Positions 25,765 to 39,008 of a stretch of DNA of 64,000 nt are shown in pieces. Source of the DNA: the human T2T-CHM13v2.0 reference genome, Homo sapiens; the NCBI RefSeq assembly GCF_009914755.1, contig NC_060929.1. One strand, 5' to 3'. The first letter of the stretch is position 1. Every line of letters starts with the position of its first letter. The notes below the pieces were generated by a model. The model searched no databases. It saw only the letters and a program-made list of their open reading frames with translations, and had not been told where the DNA came from. The position numbers and the translations under genes are program-made.

Positions 25765-25842
25765 CTTAGGAAGCCTTCCCTCCATGTCCTTGTTTGGAAA
25801 TGGTTCTTGACTGACCCAGACAAAGAGTTCTGGGTAATAAAC
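25765..25842 (-). CDS. NREP: NREP/P311 coding exon (aa 2-27)
   Basis: ctctatAG|GTTTATTAC...CCTAAG|GTaagat. 78 nt, translating VYYPELFVWVSQEPFPNKDMEGRLPK. Confidence 0.97.
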
Positions 25843-27039
25843 CTATAGAGACACAAAAGCATACACATTCAGATTAAAAACAGGATCCACTCTGAAACTA
25901 CACGGGATAACCTTAATGAGCTCAATTCTCCTCAATGGTTACTTATTCCCGACTACCACTTAGAGCACTGGGGAAACCATTAACTCTTTCAAACTGTTAG
26001 TGTGCTTCTGAACACGCACTGCACTCAGGAGAGTTTCAGCTCGATGTCTTCCAAGATTAAGTCCAATAAAGCAGAGATATCAATCAATGTTATTTTTAGC
26101 AGGCAAAGTAGCAGCTTCATGGTATGTCTGGCTGAGTGCACTAAGTCATCGGGGAGGTCTAACTTTCAAAGGATTCTATAAGTATCCTTGCAAAACTCCA
26201 TCAAACACTGTTAAGGGTTATTCTGATCATTTATTAGAAGGCCAAAGATTATGAATAAAATAAAAGAGGAAAGAAAGCAGCAGCCCAGATTCTCTCCAAG
26301 TCCATGTGGCCAGTGACAACACATTCTGCCCAGCTGCCTGAAACAGCCAAGTGTCTGAGGGAGGGGCGGGAGATAGGTGTCATCACCATGAATGATTCAG
26401 AGAATACTAGCTGATGAATTCGGTGGTGGGAGGGGGTGGAGCGAGGGAGTGGAACTGAGTAACTCTTCTTTAAATATACAAAGGATGATTAGCATAAGGT
26501 TGCCGACCAGCTGTTCTCCATCTTCAAGTAATGACAGGAGAGGGGAAAGGCCTTAAAATTACAACTAAGATTTGGGTCAGCTCTAAGGAAGAACTCAGCA
26601 TAAGAATTGTCAAATTACTAAAAGAAATTAGAGAAAAACTGTGAAATCTTCTTTAAAAAATTTAGAAACAGAATCCAACAACCATCTGTCAGGGCTAATT
26701 CACATTTAATATAGTTCTGATTGAAAGCAGAGTGAAATTAGGTAAGATTCCCTCCAGATCAGATTCTCCAAATTCTGCAATAAATAAGCCTCACATTTAA
26801 TAAACAACAATTAAGAGTCACACCTCATTAACAGATTAACAAACAGACTTAGATGTGTGTTTACATTTTGGTTTTGGAAGCCGTAATTGAGGTAACCTAA
26901 TCATTGAGTTGACTGTAATGCTTGGTATACCCCGATCAATCCATTTTGTCAGGGAATCTAGGGTAGGAAATGTAGATGGCTAAGTGTGTTCACTCTTCGG
27001 AATAATTGAACAGTAACTAACTATCTTTGCTCTACACCA

Positions 27040-27260
27040 GTGACATTTGTAGCACATCCTAGCTTACAAAGCAATTTTGCATACATTACTTAATTTGTCC
27101 TGATGATAAGCCAATAATATTGGTCTTATCATTAAACAAATGAAGAAATTGAAACTCAAAAAGGTCGACTTGCCCCAAGTCACACAGGTAGTGTAGGGTA
27201 GGACTGAAACTCACACTAGGTTTCCAGATTCTAAACTTCAGTTCCTTCCACTATCCTGCT
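27040..27260 (-). mobile_element. MIR SINE remnant
   Basis: Core-like aaatgaagaaattgaaactcaaaaagg...gacttgccccaagtcacacaggtagtg. Confidence 0.65.
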
Positions 27261-29048
27261 GCCCTCGCATTATCCCAGAATGCAAATCGCCTACCACCAC
27301 TCCCTCAAAATTATACCAGTCCACAGCCGCCACCCACGTTTGGGTCTTAAAGAGAGCTCATTCTGCAAGAGCTAGAACTATTTTCTTTTTGGACTGGGTC
27401 TGTTTTCTGAGCCATGTGGTTCCCCTCACCCCAACCACCTTACTTTTCCACATATTCCTCTCCTGTGCCCAGCTCCTTCAGAAAGTAATCCACCATCTGC
27501 CTTGTTTGGGACAAGCAGCCACTTCTGACATTTCCTTTATCCAGGAATGGGTGAAGAAAACAAAATAATCTCAAATACACAAGCTTTTTTCAGACTTATA
27601 ACAAAGTCACAGCACACAAAAGCCCAGTTTGGGCTCAACTTTAGGGGACCCCAAGTTTGAATCTACTGTTAAATTCACTTCATATAAATGGATATAAAGT
27701 GATTACATTTCTATATTACCACTTTAAAAATCATATTTCAAGTACAGTCTTAAAATATTAGTGAGAAATTAAGTTCTGTTGGAAACCAAAAACGTTGATA
27801 AAAGTACATGTAAAAACTTTGTAGGCACAGGAAGCAAAGAAAAGCAAGGTCAGGTAAGTATTGTCATTCTTGCGTTCTTGTGCTTTTCTGGGATATTCCA
27901 TTTTAACGAAATGACACTGCTTTAACATTTAACTTCTAAGCATCATTACTAAAACCACCAAAGTCTAATTTGTAGGGGAAAATAGCTTGCCTTTCAGAAA
28001 TTATTACACCTATTCTAACAATCTGTTGTTCTAAGAACTCTCCATTTGCTAAAAAAAAAAAAAACAAAAACAAAAACAAAAAAAAAGCCAATGACTTTTG
28101 CCAAAGAACTTGGGAACATGAATATCTGACAGCAAAACACACATGACTAAGGAAACTTTCTCCCTTACTTCATATTTGTTACACTGACCAAGGCTTTTTT
28201 TTTCACTATTAGGCATTTTTAGCACATTAGGCATTTTTTAGTATTTGAATCATCAAGTAATCATTGTATACTTTTAGAAAAATGAACGTTGCTTTGGCCT
28301 TCTGGTAGTTTTCCAATCTCCTTCAAAGTCAGAACCTTAAGCCAAAAATGGCAGGGACAGAGGAGTCTCAGTTACATTCTTAAAACCTGCTTGGCTGGTA
28401 TCTAAGAACTCAGCATATCCCTAGACATAGTACCTAAAGGAGATATTTAAACTTTTCATTTTTTTAAGCACAGCTAGTTTTAAGAAACCGTGGTAAATTA
28501 CTGGAAACAAATATGATCTATCTGCATTACAGCATTGTTCTTTCTTATACCTGCAGTATTTTGAGACTCTAAAGTGAAGAGCTTAAGAGAAAAGATCTAT
28601 TGACAATCATTAATTACCTTTGCTCTCAAATGATTCAGACCTGACCTTTGGTATTCCGCAAGGGCCTGAACTTCCATTCCATTCCCAGTGCTGGATGTGG
28701 AGAATGGGTGATCCCAAGCAACAATCATTTGCCTTTCTGTCAAAAGCTGTCTCGGTTTAAATGTACTGTATTTTCTTTGCCTCTTCTTCTCATCGGAACA
28801 TGTTCTAGTCTACTCGCCAGGTGCTACTTCTGGCAGTCAGAAATAGTGCCACTTTTCAACTTCAAGTTTCTTACCAACCTTTTTTGCATTCATGCAGCAA
28901 GAGTTCATGAAATAGCTGCAAAGTGCTGGACACTGTTAGGTTGTGGGAATTGCAAGAGAAACAGTTTCTGCCTTCTAGATGCTCACGTCTGGGGGTGGGG
29001 CAGGTACAGCAGGGGTGATCAATCCACAAAAATTTACTTTTAAAAATG

Positions 29049-29436
29049 TGTTATGGGCTGACTTGTATCACCTCAAAATTCATATGGGGAAGTCCTAACC
29101 ACCAATACCTCAGAATGTGATTGTATTTGGAAACAGGATCTTTGCAGAGGCAATTAAGTTAAAATAAGGACATCATCAGGGTGGGCCCTAATCTCAAGTG
29201 ACCCATGTCCTTCTAAGAAGAGATTAGGACACAGATACACAGAGGAAAGACCATATGAAGACACAGGGAGAAGACAGCCATCTACAAGCCCAGAAGGGAG
29301 GCCTCAGAAGAAACCAACCCTGCCAACATCTTGATCTCAGACTTCCAGCGTCCAGATTGTTAGAAAATAAATTTCTGTTGTTTAAGCTGCCCAGTCTGTG
29401 GCACTTTGTTATGGCAGCCCTCGCAAACTAAACACA
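29049..29436 (+). mobile_element. MLT1B MaLR solo LTR
   Basis: tgttatgggctg...cctcagaatgtgattgtatttgga...gaagacacagggagaagacagccatctacaagcc...ttgttatggcagccctcgcaaacta. Confidence 0.9.
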
Positions 29437-32147
29437 GTGTGCTTTTTAAGGGCAACAACAAAAAAGAAATATATAGGTTAAGTCAAATGTAATAGCTGCT
29501 GGAACATCTATCAACAGACTAAACAACAAACAAAACCAACATTTAGCATAATATCCAGTAGTGCTGTCAACAAAGGAAATGGGGGTGGCAGTGAGCACAT
29601 CTGGGAGGGCATTTGATGGCTGTCAGAATCAGCCAAGGAAGATGATAGAAGGGTGAGGGATAAGTGCAGAATAAGCTCCATGCAGGCAAGTGGCCCTGTA
29701 GCCAGGTCTCCCTGCAGCTCCTAGGGGCCACAGCAGTAACAAGACCCACATGAACCCATGAGTTTCTGTGCCCTCAGTTTTCTAACTAGTTCAGAATATT
29801 AGGAACTGACAATGACCCTATCACTGAAGCTTTTGAGTGCTGATAATATGAGGGTCAGAAAACTGGTAAGCTGATCCATCTATCTAGAGTCCATCTGTGC
29901 TTGCTGAACTGTAAAGCTGCCCATTCTTCTTGGTGCTCATCAACTGACACTCCAAACATGGACACGTGGCTGATACTGCATTCCATTCATTCATTGTCTG
30001 AATTCAAGTTTGTGTTTTTCATGAAGGCCAATTAAATTAACTTTCTTTTTGACACTTCATTGAATTCTCTATTGTTGTTTCGGTGGTTTGCATCTAGAAA
30101 ATTTAAGCGTTCTGGGTATGGGAATACCTCAAAACTGTTGTTTCATTAAACAAACCAAAGTTTGCATTAATCTTCACAAAAAGTATGTCTTCTTTTAAAA
30201 CTGCTTTTTCCATGTATACAATAAACAATTGTTTTTGCCCAAATAAAATCCTCAAAACCCTCTAGAATACTATTCTTCCAGAAGTCTATTAGAAAATCAG
30301 AAAAGCAAATCGTACCTTCAACAATTGAGAAAACAAAAATGCTAGTTAAAAAAAAAAAAGTAGAGGGAAGGAAAATTTTGTTACTTTAATTTGGAGAATA
30401 TGCAACAGTTTTGTTTGAATTCTGGGGAAGTTTGAGTGTTTATACTTGTCACTGAATATATTGGTTAATGCATCTTTTTCTATGATGCTATATTTATCTC
30501 ACTGACAATTAGGTTGAAAAACAACAGAACGTCATAAAGAACCACACTGGTTTAAAATATACTAATCATGACTTGTATTTAGATATCCTTGATCAATTCT
30601 TAGGAAATACCAATTTTATGCTTTTGGGTATAATTAATATACTTAAACCCACTATATATTTAAATATTACTTATAGTGAAAATGTGCTATTTCGTACTGA
30701 TTCTCTTGAATGTATTGATAGTTGGGTAAGTTTCAATATTCTATCACAGCATACAAATTGGAAATAAAATACTCAGGGTTTTGTCCCTCCCTTCCTTCTT
30801 TCCTTTCTTTTGAGGCTTGTTTTACTCTTTGGACAGTGCATCATGAAAAATAACTGCATTTTTAAAGTCTATAAAGTAATTAGCTCACCGGTAATTATTG
30901 CTTAGTATAAACTATTATTAATAGCTGACAACTAGTGCTCCAAATGAGAAAAATGAAATGTGGGAAAATTCAGAGACCAGTCCCCCAAGGTCCTAAAAAA
31001 TATGCAAACTAGATTATTGCTTAAATTATTTTTCAAACACTTTTTAAGCTTTTCATTTCAAAATTTGCTATTTATTTTTCAATGGCATGGTCCAAATACA
31101 GAATCAATCTAAAAGTTCTCGGACATGTTTCCTATCACTTCTACTACATTGCAGGTAAAATTTGAATCATATCTACTTATTACCTGTTTCTAAATTTGTA
31201 TTTTCCTCTGTTCATTTACTGTCTTTATCAATATTTCTTTGGGGAGACTGTTCTATGAGAATGATACTTAAAGGCAGGATTATATCTTTTTGCAGAGGCT
31301 AAATACACCACACACATAAATACTGCTTACTTCATTAGTTAACATACATTTTCAGAAATCTGCCATGAAGATATGTTGCATGGTTTGGTTGTTAACGACC
31401 ATAACTGTAATGTTATTCTTTATCCCTGATGGGGTCCTATAGGGTTAAAGAATGCACACACGGGTCCTTTATAACTTAACAGGATGGGTATGCGTATCTG
31501 TCTCCTGCAATTAGGAAAGCCGACTAGGGCAGCACGGGTCCAACCTGTATAATCAATTCTTTCTGCAGCAAAGGGGTATATTTCATAATCTTTCTGCCAA
31601 TTAAATAGTATGTGTCTGCATGTGTACATGTTTTATTCTGCCTAACTAGCCAGGAGGTTGTGAAACCTAGTACTGTAATTCAAGGAGAATTCATGCGCAT
31701 ATACATACACTTCCTTTCTGCAAAAACCCTTTGAGGTGGTGCTATAAAGAATCTCCCTCAAAAGCCACTCTGTTCCCAGGTGTTACTGGTCATATGAGAG
31801 GGCCAAATGTAAACTGAAACCATAAATGAGCTACAAGGATCATTTTCTCTGAACAACATTACATCAAAGATTAGATGGTGCCAAAAGATGATGCACTGTG
31901 CTGTCTCTCTAGAGACGTAGTCTTAGAGATCTGCCTAACCTTGTGAATGCTGCTTGGAGAAGAAGCACACAGTGGGGAAAACACGTTGCCACTGGAAGAC
32001 AAAAAGGTAAGCCTGCAGAACACTGGGCCATTCAGATGATGTACGTAACCTCTGCACATTCTGGAAAGCAGAATAAAAGTGCTGGGGCTTAGGTTGGCAA
32101 GCATTCTGGCTTGGGGGCTAAACGAAACATGCACTGACCTAATTTAA

Positions 32148-32164
32148 ACACACACATACACACA

Positions 32165-32201
<37 letters not shown>
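32148..32201. repeat. (CA)n microsatellite
   Basis: Interrupted then pure CA run. Confidence 0.95.
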
Positions 32202-32203
<2 letters not shown>

Positions 32204-35200
32204 GAGCTGGCTGTGGTAACAATGGGTAATTACAGAGTATGCATTATGAACACCCAACTACTGCACTCTAGACTCATAAATGCCCTCCTGCTAGAAAGGA
32301 AAGGAAGGCCTTTGTGGCACCTGCTGACACTCCTTGAGTTTCATTGCCTGGTAAGTCCTTAACATGTACAAATAGAGGTTGGGGGAGACAACTGTGTTTC
32401 AATAAGGAAGACAATGATGGCTCACTAATTGGTTAAACCCATTGGCATTAGCTTCGCTTCGGGTGTGTATTCCCACTACGGGCACAGAAAGCGTTCATAT
32501 TTTATTAATATTATGCCACAGATGATGTTACTGTCCAACATTACATGTCAGGAAGGCAAAAGATTTACAATTCTTGATCTTATGAGTTGGGGTGTCTGAA
32601 ACAAGCTTTGCAGACTTTAATAGTGGAATCCTCTAAATTCACTCTGCTCATCGTGAAGCCATCTTGAGAGGCCACTGATGAATATGTGGGAACCTGACAG
32701 CTGTGGAATTTTATTTCTAGACTTTAACTAGGCACAGAAAGGAAAAGGAAATCTCCTTGCTGGCAACAAAATGAAAGTGTTTACATGTGAAATTAATCGT
32801 CAGCACAAAGAGCTTTCACAGTCACTCTGTTCCACAATGTAATATTCTGCTTGTTTGGCTGCTGAGTGTTTTAAAATTTCATTTCTAAGAATAATAGCAA
32901 AGACTTTCAAGGGGGGCAAGAAATCAGGTCAGGAGCCAGCCACAAAAGGTTAACAGAATTACCCGACTTTTCTTTTTCACCACGACTTAAAACCATTCAT
33001 TACGTGAGTTTTCTGGGCTTTGATGGTACATGGTTCAAGGCCAGGTGCAGCAACAGCCAGCTAATTCAAGCATAGTGAACACGGAGGTCAGCTGCAAACA
33101 TTTACGTTGTGCAACATCGTGTTCCTCTCATTCCAGCCCCATTCCTTTCCAATAAGAGCACATTTAGCACAAAGCAATCCACCTAAAGACTCCATAAATC
33201 CAAAAAAGGGAGTCACTGATCGAGGAATTCTCAGATTTCTGCCAAGGCACCCTCCCTTGGACTGGAGGTCAGCCTGGTACAGTAATCGGAGCCAAACTGT
33301 GGACTGGACTCAAGGAATTAAGTTCAGCACTTCAAATCTTGACTTTTAATGGGCAATTTTTCTTTTCAGCAATGAAGAGAAAACAAAGTACAAATGGCTG
33401 GTAACAGCCCAAAGTAAACCAGGAGAAAAAGCACAAGAATAAAGCTTGGATACAAATCTTATAAGTAATATCTAAGAGCCTTTCCAAACAATGGGAAAAA
33501 ATAAAGCAGCCTTTTTAAAACTTGGTTTGAGATTATGCAGTTGTGAGTGAACAATAATAAAGCAAAGGCCACAATACAAGATAGTTGCTCTCTTTAGTGA
33601 AGAAAAAAAAAAAAATCAGCCTTTGTTAGCTTGCAGCAAAAAGGCCCCTCAGGCATTTAAGCACTGCATAAGCTTTTCTTTGCCCCTGTGACCTCAAGAA
33701 ATATATTAATTCAAGAAATATGTTAATAAAATCTTTTACCTCCCTGGAGTGGAACCAGAATAAATATTTACTTAACACATCTGAGTTCTAAGTCTGGCCC
33801 ACCTTATTCCATTATATAAATTGGTTTTAATTTGTAACTAAGAAATTAGGAATATGACATCTTGTGATGTTTCTCCGACTTTTAAGATATATTAAGAATT
33901 TAAAAAGAAAGAACAAACTTGAATACTAATTCTATATTATGCCCCAGCACACCAAACTGCACTTGTGAATTTTAGAATGGTATTATTCACCACAATTGAG
34001 AGTAAAAGCTGTTGATATGCTTTCTAATACTAGACATCTGGAGTAGCAGGGCTTTTTCCAAGCACATTCCAAGGTTAATAGGAAACATCTAGACTTGCTT
34101 TTATTAGCTGGTTTGAATAATTTTAAGTTTGCTATGCCGAGTTTCACCTTCAAATAACTATATGAAGTTTAATTTCTAGTCACCAAGAATGCTATGTTTT
34201 CTTTCCTTCTGTCCAAAAATTACTGTGCTATCCACTAAAATCTTATGAAAATTTTCCCCCAACAACATGAAAGAATAATTATTCAAAAATACGATTTCTT
34301 TTGTTAAAGCCTTCAGTTAAGGGCTGATGAGGTAAGTATTTATTTAGACATAGGATTTTGGATTTTTCTTGGTCTGGGTGGATGAGATAGTTAGTTGCTT
34401 TGAAGAGTCTGAAGCGATTTCAAAGCATTCCTCTTGTTGACATGTGCAAGACAGAGCTTTCCAGAAAGTCTGCATTTTCCCCCGAAGTGCTCATTCCAAA
34501 AGAAACTATTCACTCTTTCCATCAATGTATCCTCTTCTACTGGTAGCTGCAAACCCTTCAGCATTTAGCTAAAGTTATTTCACAATTCAATGCTTGTCTT
34601 GCACTGTCCTGGTCATTTAAAAACTGGTATCTCTTCAATAGCAAATAGTATCATAACAGACCACTAAATTTGGAGGGAAAGTGGTTTCTATTGCAGATGG
34701 ATGTAATTAAAATTGGTGTAAATCACAGGGTACAGAATTCTTATCTGGTAAGAATTCTGACTTTTTTTTAAAGAAGAAAAAATATATCCAGATCTGTATC
34801 CACATGCTATTTAAATGCTCAGGACAAAAAGAAGCCACTAAGAGGCTTCTAAGAAAACTGTCAGAAAACTAAAAGTACAAGAGGAATGGAATAGGGTTAG
34901 AATGGATATGCCCCTGCACACCACCTGGGTTTTCAACCCCTCTGGGTGGAGCCAAGTCTGATTAAGTAGAGGGCTTCTCTCTGATGAGGGATTCAGTCCG
35001 GCAGTACCATGTGAGGCAGAGAAGACTGAAGGGAGGAGCTCCCAACCCAAACAGATGTGTTTCAGGGCTAGTTGTCACCCAAGAAACACAGGCTTCAAGA
35101 GTTGTGAAAATCCAAACTAGAGGCTTAAGTTCCCTAGAAAAAGAATCATCGGTAGTTTAATATGAAAAAGGTAGTAGTGGAAACTCAGGCTTTCATTCCA

Positions 35201-38200
35201 AATTCTGACTGTATTCTCCAACAAGAGAAGACCTCAACCATAGATTTTTCCCCTCAGTCTTTCTTCCATTGTAAACCAAACACCACAACTATACTTCTCC
35301 AAAAGAAGGGAACTATGAGCAATAAACAGGAGTAGTTGGAACCCACAGAGACAGAGTATGTAAATTCGGGAACCCACAGTTTTCTGTAGAAATGCATAGT
35401 ACAATCCACTATAATGTTTTGTTAACTTTGGGCAGGTTTTCCAGGTGCACTCATTTAATCTTCACAATGTTACCACAAGGAAGAAATAAACCCAAATATA
35501 TATAAAGCGCTGGCAACAGGATCAGGCACATAAGTAAGCAGATCTGTGTTAGCTACTATTATCATCATCGTCACCATTTTACAGATGAGAACACTGAGGG
35601 AGAATAGTCAGGGAACCTGCCCAAGGTCTCCAGTGTTCATGTGTTGCTACAGTCCTGGAGGAAAGACCAGTCTTAGAGTAACAACTTTGGCTTGGCCACA
35701 TTAAGACTTTGGATCTAATTAAACCCAAGCAATACTAGTAACCACAGTTTTTTTCTTTTTTCAATGTTCCCTGGAAGGAAATGTCCAGCACAATATAAAT
35801 ATGTAGCATCATTGCAGCTAATAACAAAACGCATTTGCTGAGAAACCAGATTGTTTTATATGACCCCCAAATGAACTCTCAAACAGTTCCTTCTCAGATG
35901 GCTACCAATGGACAATCTAATTCAGTATAGCTTTCTCTTTCATCAACTGCATTTGAAATCCTGTTCACTATAACTTTGCTTTTCGAAATGTTAACTCAAT
36001 TTAAAAACAAACTGCTTAGTTAAAAAATATTTTATCAATGATCTGCAGACACACAAACCATATACTGCATAAAAATATGAAGTGTTTTTGTTCCTCTCAG
36101 TTGAAGAATATAAACACTTTTCAGACAAGAGAGGCAGTATATAAACTACTAAGAATGATAAATTCAGGAAGAAAAATAAATTTAACCAGACTCCATCTGG
36201 AAACCTTTAATTAATGTATTAGAAATCCAGCCAGTTCTAAAGATGGACAAATGGAAAGATGCAGATGGGGCAACAAACTAATTATTAACATCCTAAAGGT
36301 ATCAAATAGCAAATAATTAGGTATGCTGTATTTGATCCTCATATTGCAGGTAGAGTACTGTATTCAATCACAGTCAAAGATGTAGTGACCCTCTGACTTC
36401 ATCTAAACAACATAATAGCTCATCAATTTAGTAAAAATTCACAATGATTATCAGATGAATTGTTTCTATGATGCAAAGAACAAATTTAATTGGATTTCTG
36501 ATTGAATTGATTGATTATGCCAGTGTAGACAGTCAAGCCTCATATAGTAAAATTAAAGTTCAAAAAGTGGTTATCATTTTTTTTTAAAAAAAGGAAAAAC
36601 AGGTTTAATAAAGATTAAATGAAAAGATGTGGAGACTTGTCTCCCAGACCTTGATAACAAGATCAAAACAATTTAAGATTCTATTATCAAGAAGTAAAAA
36701 AAATATGCAAGGCCAGGGCATTTCATGGTATATATTTAGACCCAAGACTCCACAGGGCAGTAAGAAATGGAGACTCAGTTCTGGTCCACAGCATCCAGGC
36801 TTTGGAAAAGTTAAATCCAATTAATAAAGGACTAAAATTGTGAAGATAAGGGCTCAGAGATATGGACAGAATTTTTGATCCTATATTAACTAAATTGGCT
36901 AGGTATATAATCTCAATTACCCAGTCAATAAAGACATATTTACTAAGTACATTCTGCAGGTATTGAATATTTCATAGGCAGTTTTTAATCCTATACAATT
37001 AGCATCTTATCAAAGAGTAAGTCCCATTAGTTTGGGCTGGAAATATCAAAGTAGCAAAGAAAATACTTTTACAAAAAGATTTTTTCAAACTAAGCCACCA
37101 AATCCCCGGAAGTCTACTCAGGAAAGGGGTGGGCTAGTTCATATGATTTATCTATTCAAATTCTAATTCTGTTAACAACACAACTGAAATTCCGATATTG
37201 CATGCTTTTAAACGGTGGGTACATTCCCTGCACAGCATTCATTCTTTAAGCTACTATTAACTGAGTTCCTCTGATGCAGAAGGCACTAGGTTAAGTGTTC
37301 AACCATGTGCTGCCTAACCCACATGGCGCACTCATCTACTGACACTCAACAATGTCTGGCAAATGAGCACAAGAACAGACTTTGACATCATGGTCCCAAT
37401 GAGCCTTCTGGGTGGCTTTCACTAGGATGACTGAGTGGGAGGCATGAAACAGTACTTCGTGGAGGAAATAGTTAATATCAAACCCTTACTTGGGTCATGT
37501 TTATAAGCACCTTAGTCAATAAGTTTTATCCATATAAATACTGACTAGTTTTCCCTTGATAGTCTGAAAGTTGGCTGGCAAAGAAGCAGTATCTTCTCCT
37601 AATTTCTACTCTTTCCTGTCCAAGAATAAGTTATATATCAGACACCAACTTTATCCAATGAAAGCGTCCTCAGGATGCCTGGACCCGTTTTAAACAAAAC
37701 AACTTTTGTAGATTTCTCCTTGTTCAGCCACTGGACTGTAGTACTTTTCCCTGCTGGAAATGTATCAAACTCAATTCAGCAGGAAGGCTGTTACCTGCTC
37801 CAGTAATCAAAGGACATGGTGTGTGATGGTGATCTGAGTAAGAGCTGGGATGGGGGAGAGAAGAGCTGGAGCTGGCAGCCACAGCAAAACTTCTGTGCAC
37901 ATTATGAGTCTCCCTGTTGTTTTAATTACCTATTGGTGAGTCTTTGGCTTGGCATTTTTATTGGCAACAACTACTTGGCTACTCCCCCTTCCTTTTCAAT
38001 CAATGGCTCTGGTTCCCAAATTTCAGTGAAAAGGGGCAGACAGACCTTCCTTTCATGCCACGTTCTCTTATGTTATTTACTCCTTCTCCTTCTTGAATAT
38101 AAGTTATATTTATATTTTGCTCCATGAAAATAAGGAGGAACACTGAACCAAGCAGTCTAAAATCAGGGATTTAAAAATATCTCTAGCTAGATTATCATAA

Positions 38201-38958
38201 CACTTTCAAGGCAAAAAGCTTAGATTAGAAACCATTCTAAGGTCATAATGGGCAACAATTTCACTTTAAAAGATTTCATTACCCTGTGAAACCAGGGCAG
38301 ATTTGGTCTACTGTCATGACTGCCTCAGTCAGACTATTGAGACAAACTGTGCTGCCCGCTGGAAAAGCACCATTAATACCCTCACGCATAGTGGCGCCCC
38401 ACAGCCAGTGTTGTGGATAAGATGTGTGCCACTACCCTAAAGTGATATTCCTTTTTTATCAGACCATACCAACCTAGCTTTCTGGATTCTCAGGACCTCT
38501 TCTGCCCAAAGGAGTGCAAAAGAATGGAACACAGAATTTTAGGAGTCATTTTTGTAGTGTGCTTAGATCTCACTTAACTCTTCCCCCTTACTTCCCAAAC
38601 ATTTGAGCCTTCTAAAATGTTCACTGAAAGCCTCTTTTCAGTAGTAAATTGTTCATCAGTGCCTGTTCATTTCATTTCCCGGAATGCCTGACTTATAACC
38701 AAGCTATCACAGCAGTGCAGTGTCCGGCCATGACTCATTGTATGATACCAAAGTGGGCAACCTGGTCCTGCCCAGAAATAACAGATTGTCATGTATCCAT
38801 GACCACTGACTCATTCATTTATTCCGCAGACAGTTGTTGATCACTGAGGATGTGCCAGATCCTAGTTAGGTATGGGAGCACAGATTAGACTGGTTCATGG
38901 TGTGGGATCTATTCCAAGGTCTCATTAGGAAATGTCAGTGAAGGTTAGAGTTTCCTTT

Positions 38959-39008
38959 CACTTTGTAGAAAGAGAACACCAAACCACTTTGTAGAAAGAG
39001 AACACCAA
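38959..39008. repeat. 24-bp direct repeat with 26-bp period
   Basis: cactttgtagaaagagaacaccaa at 38959-38982 and 38985-39008. Confidence 0.92.
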
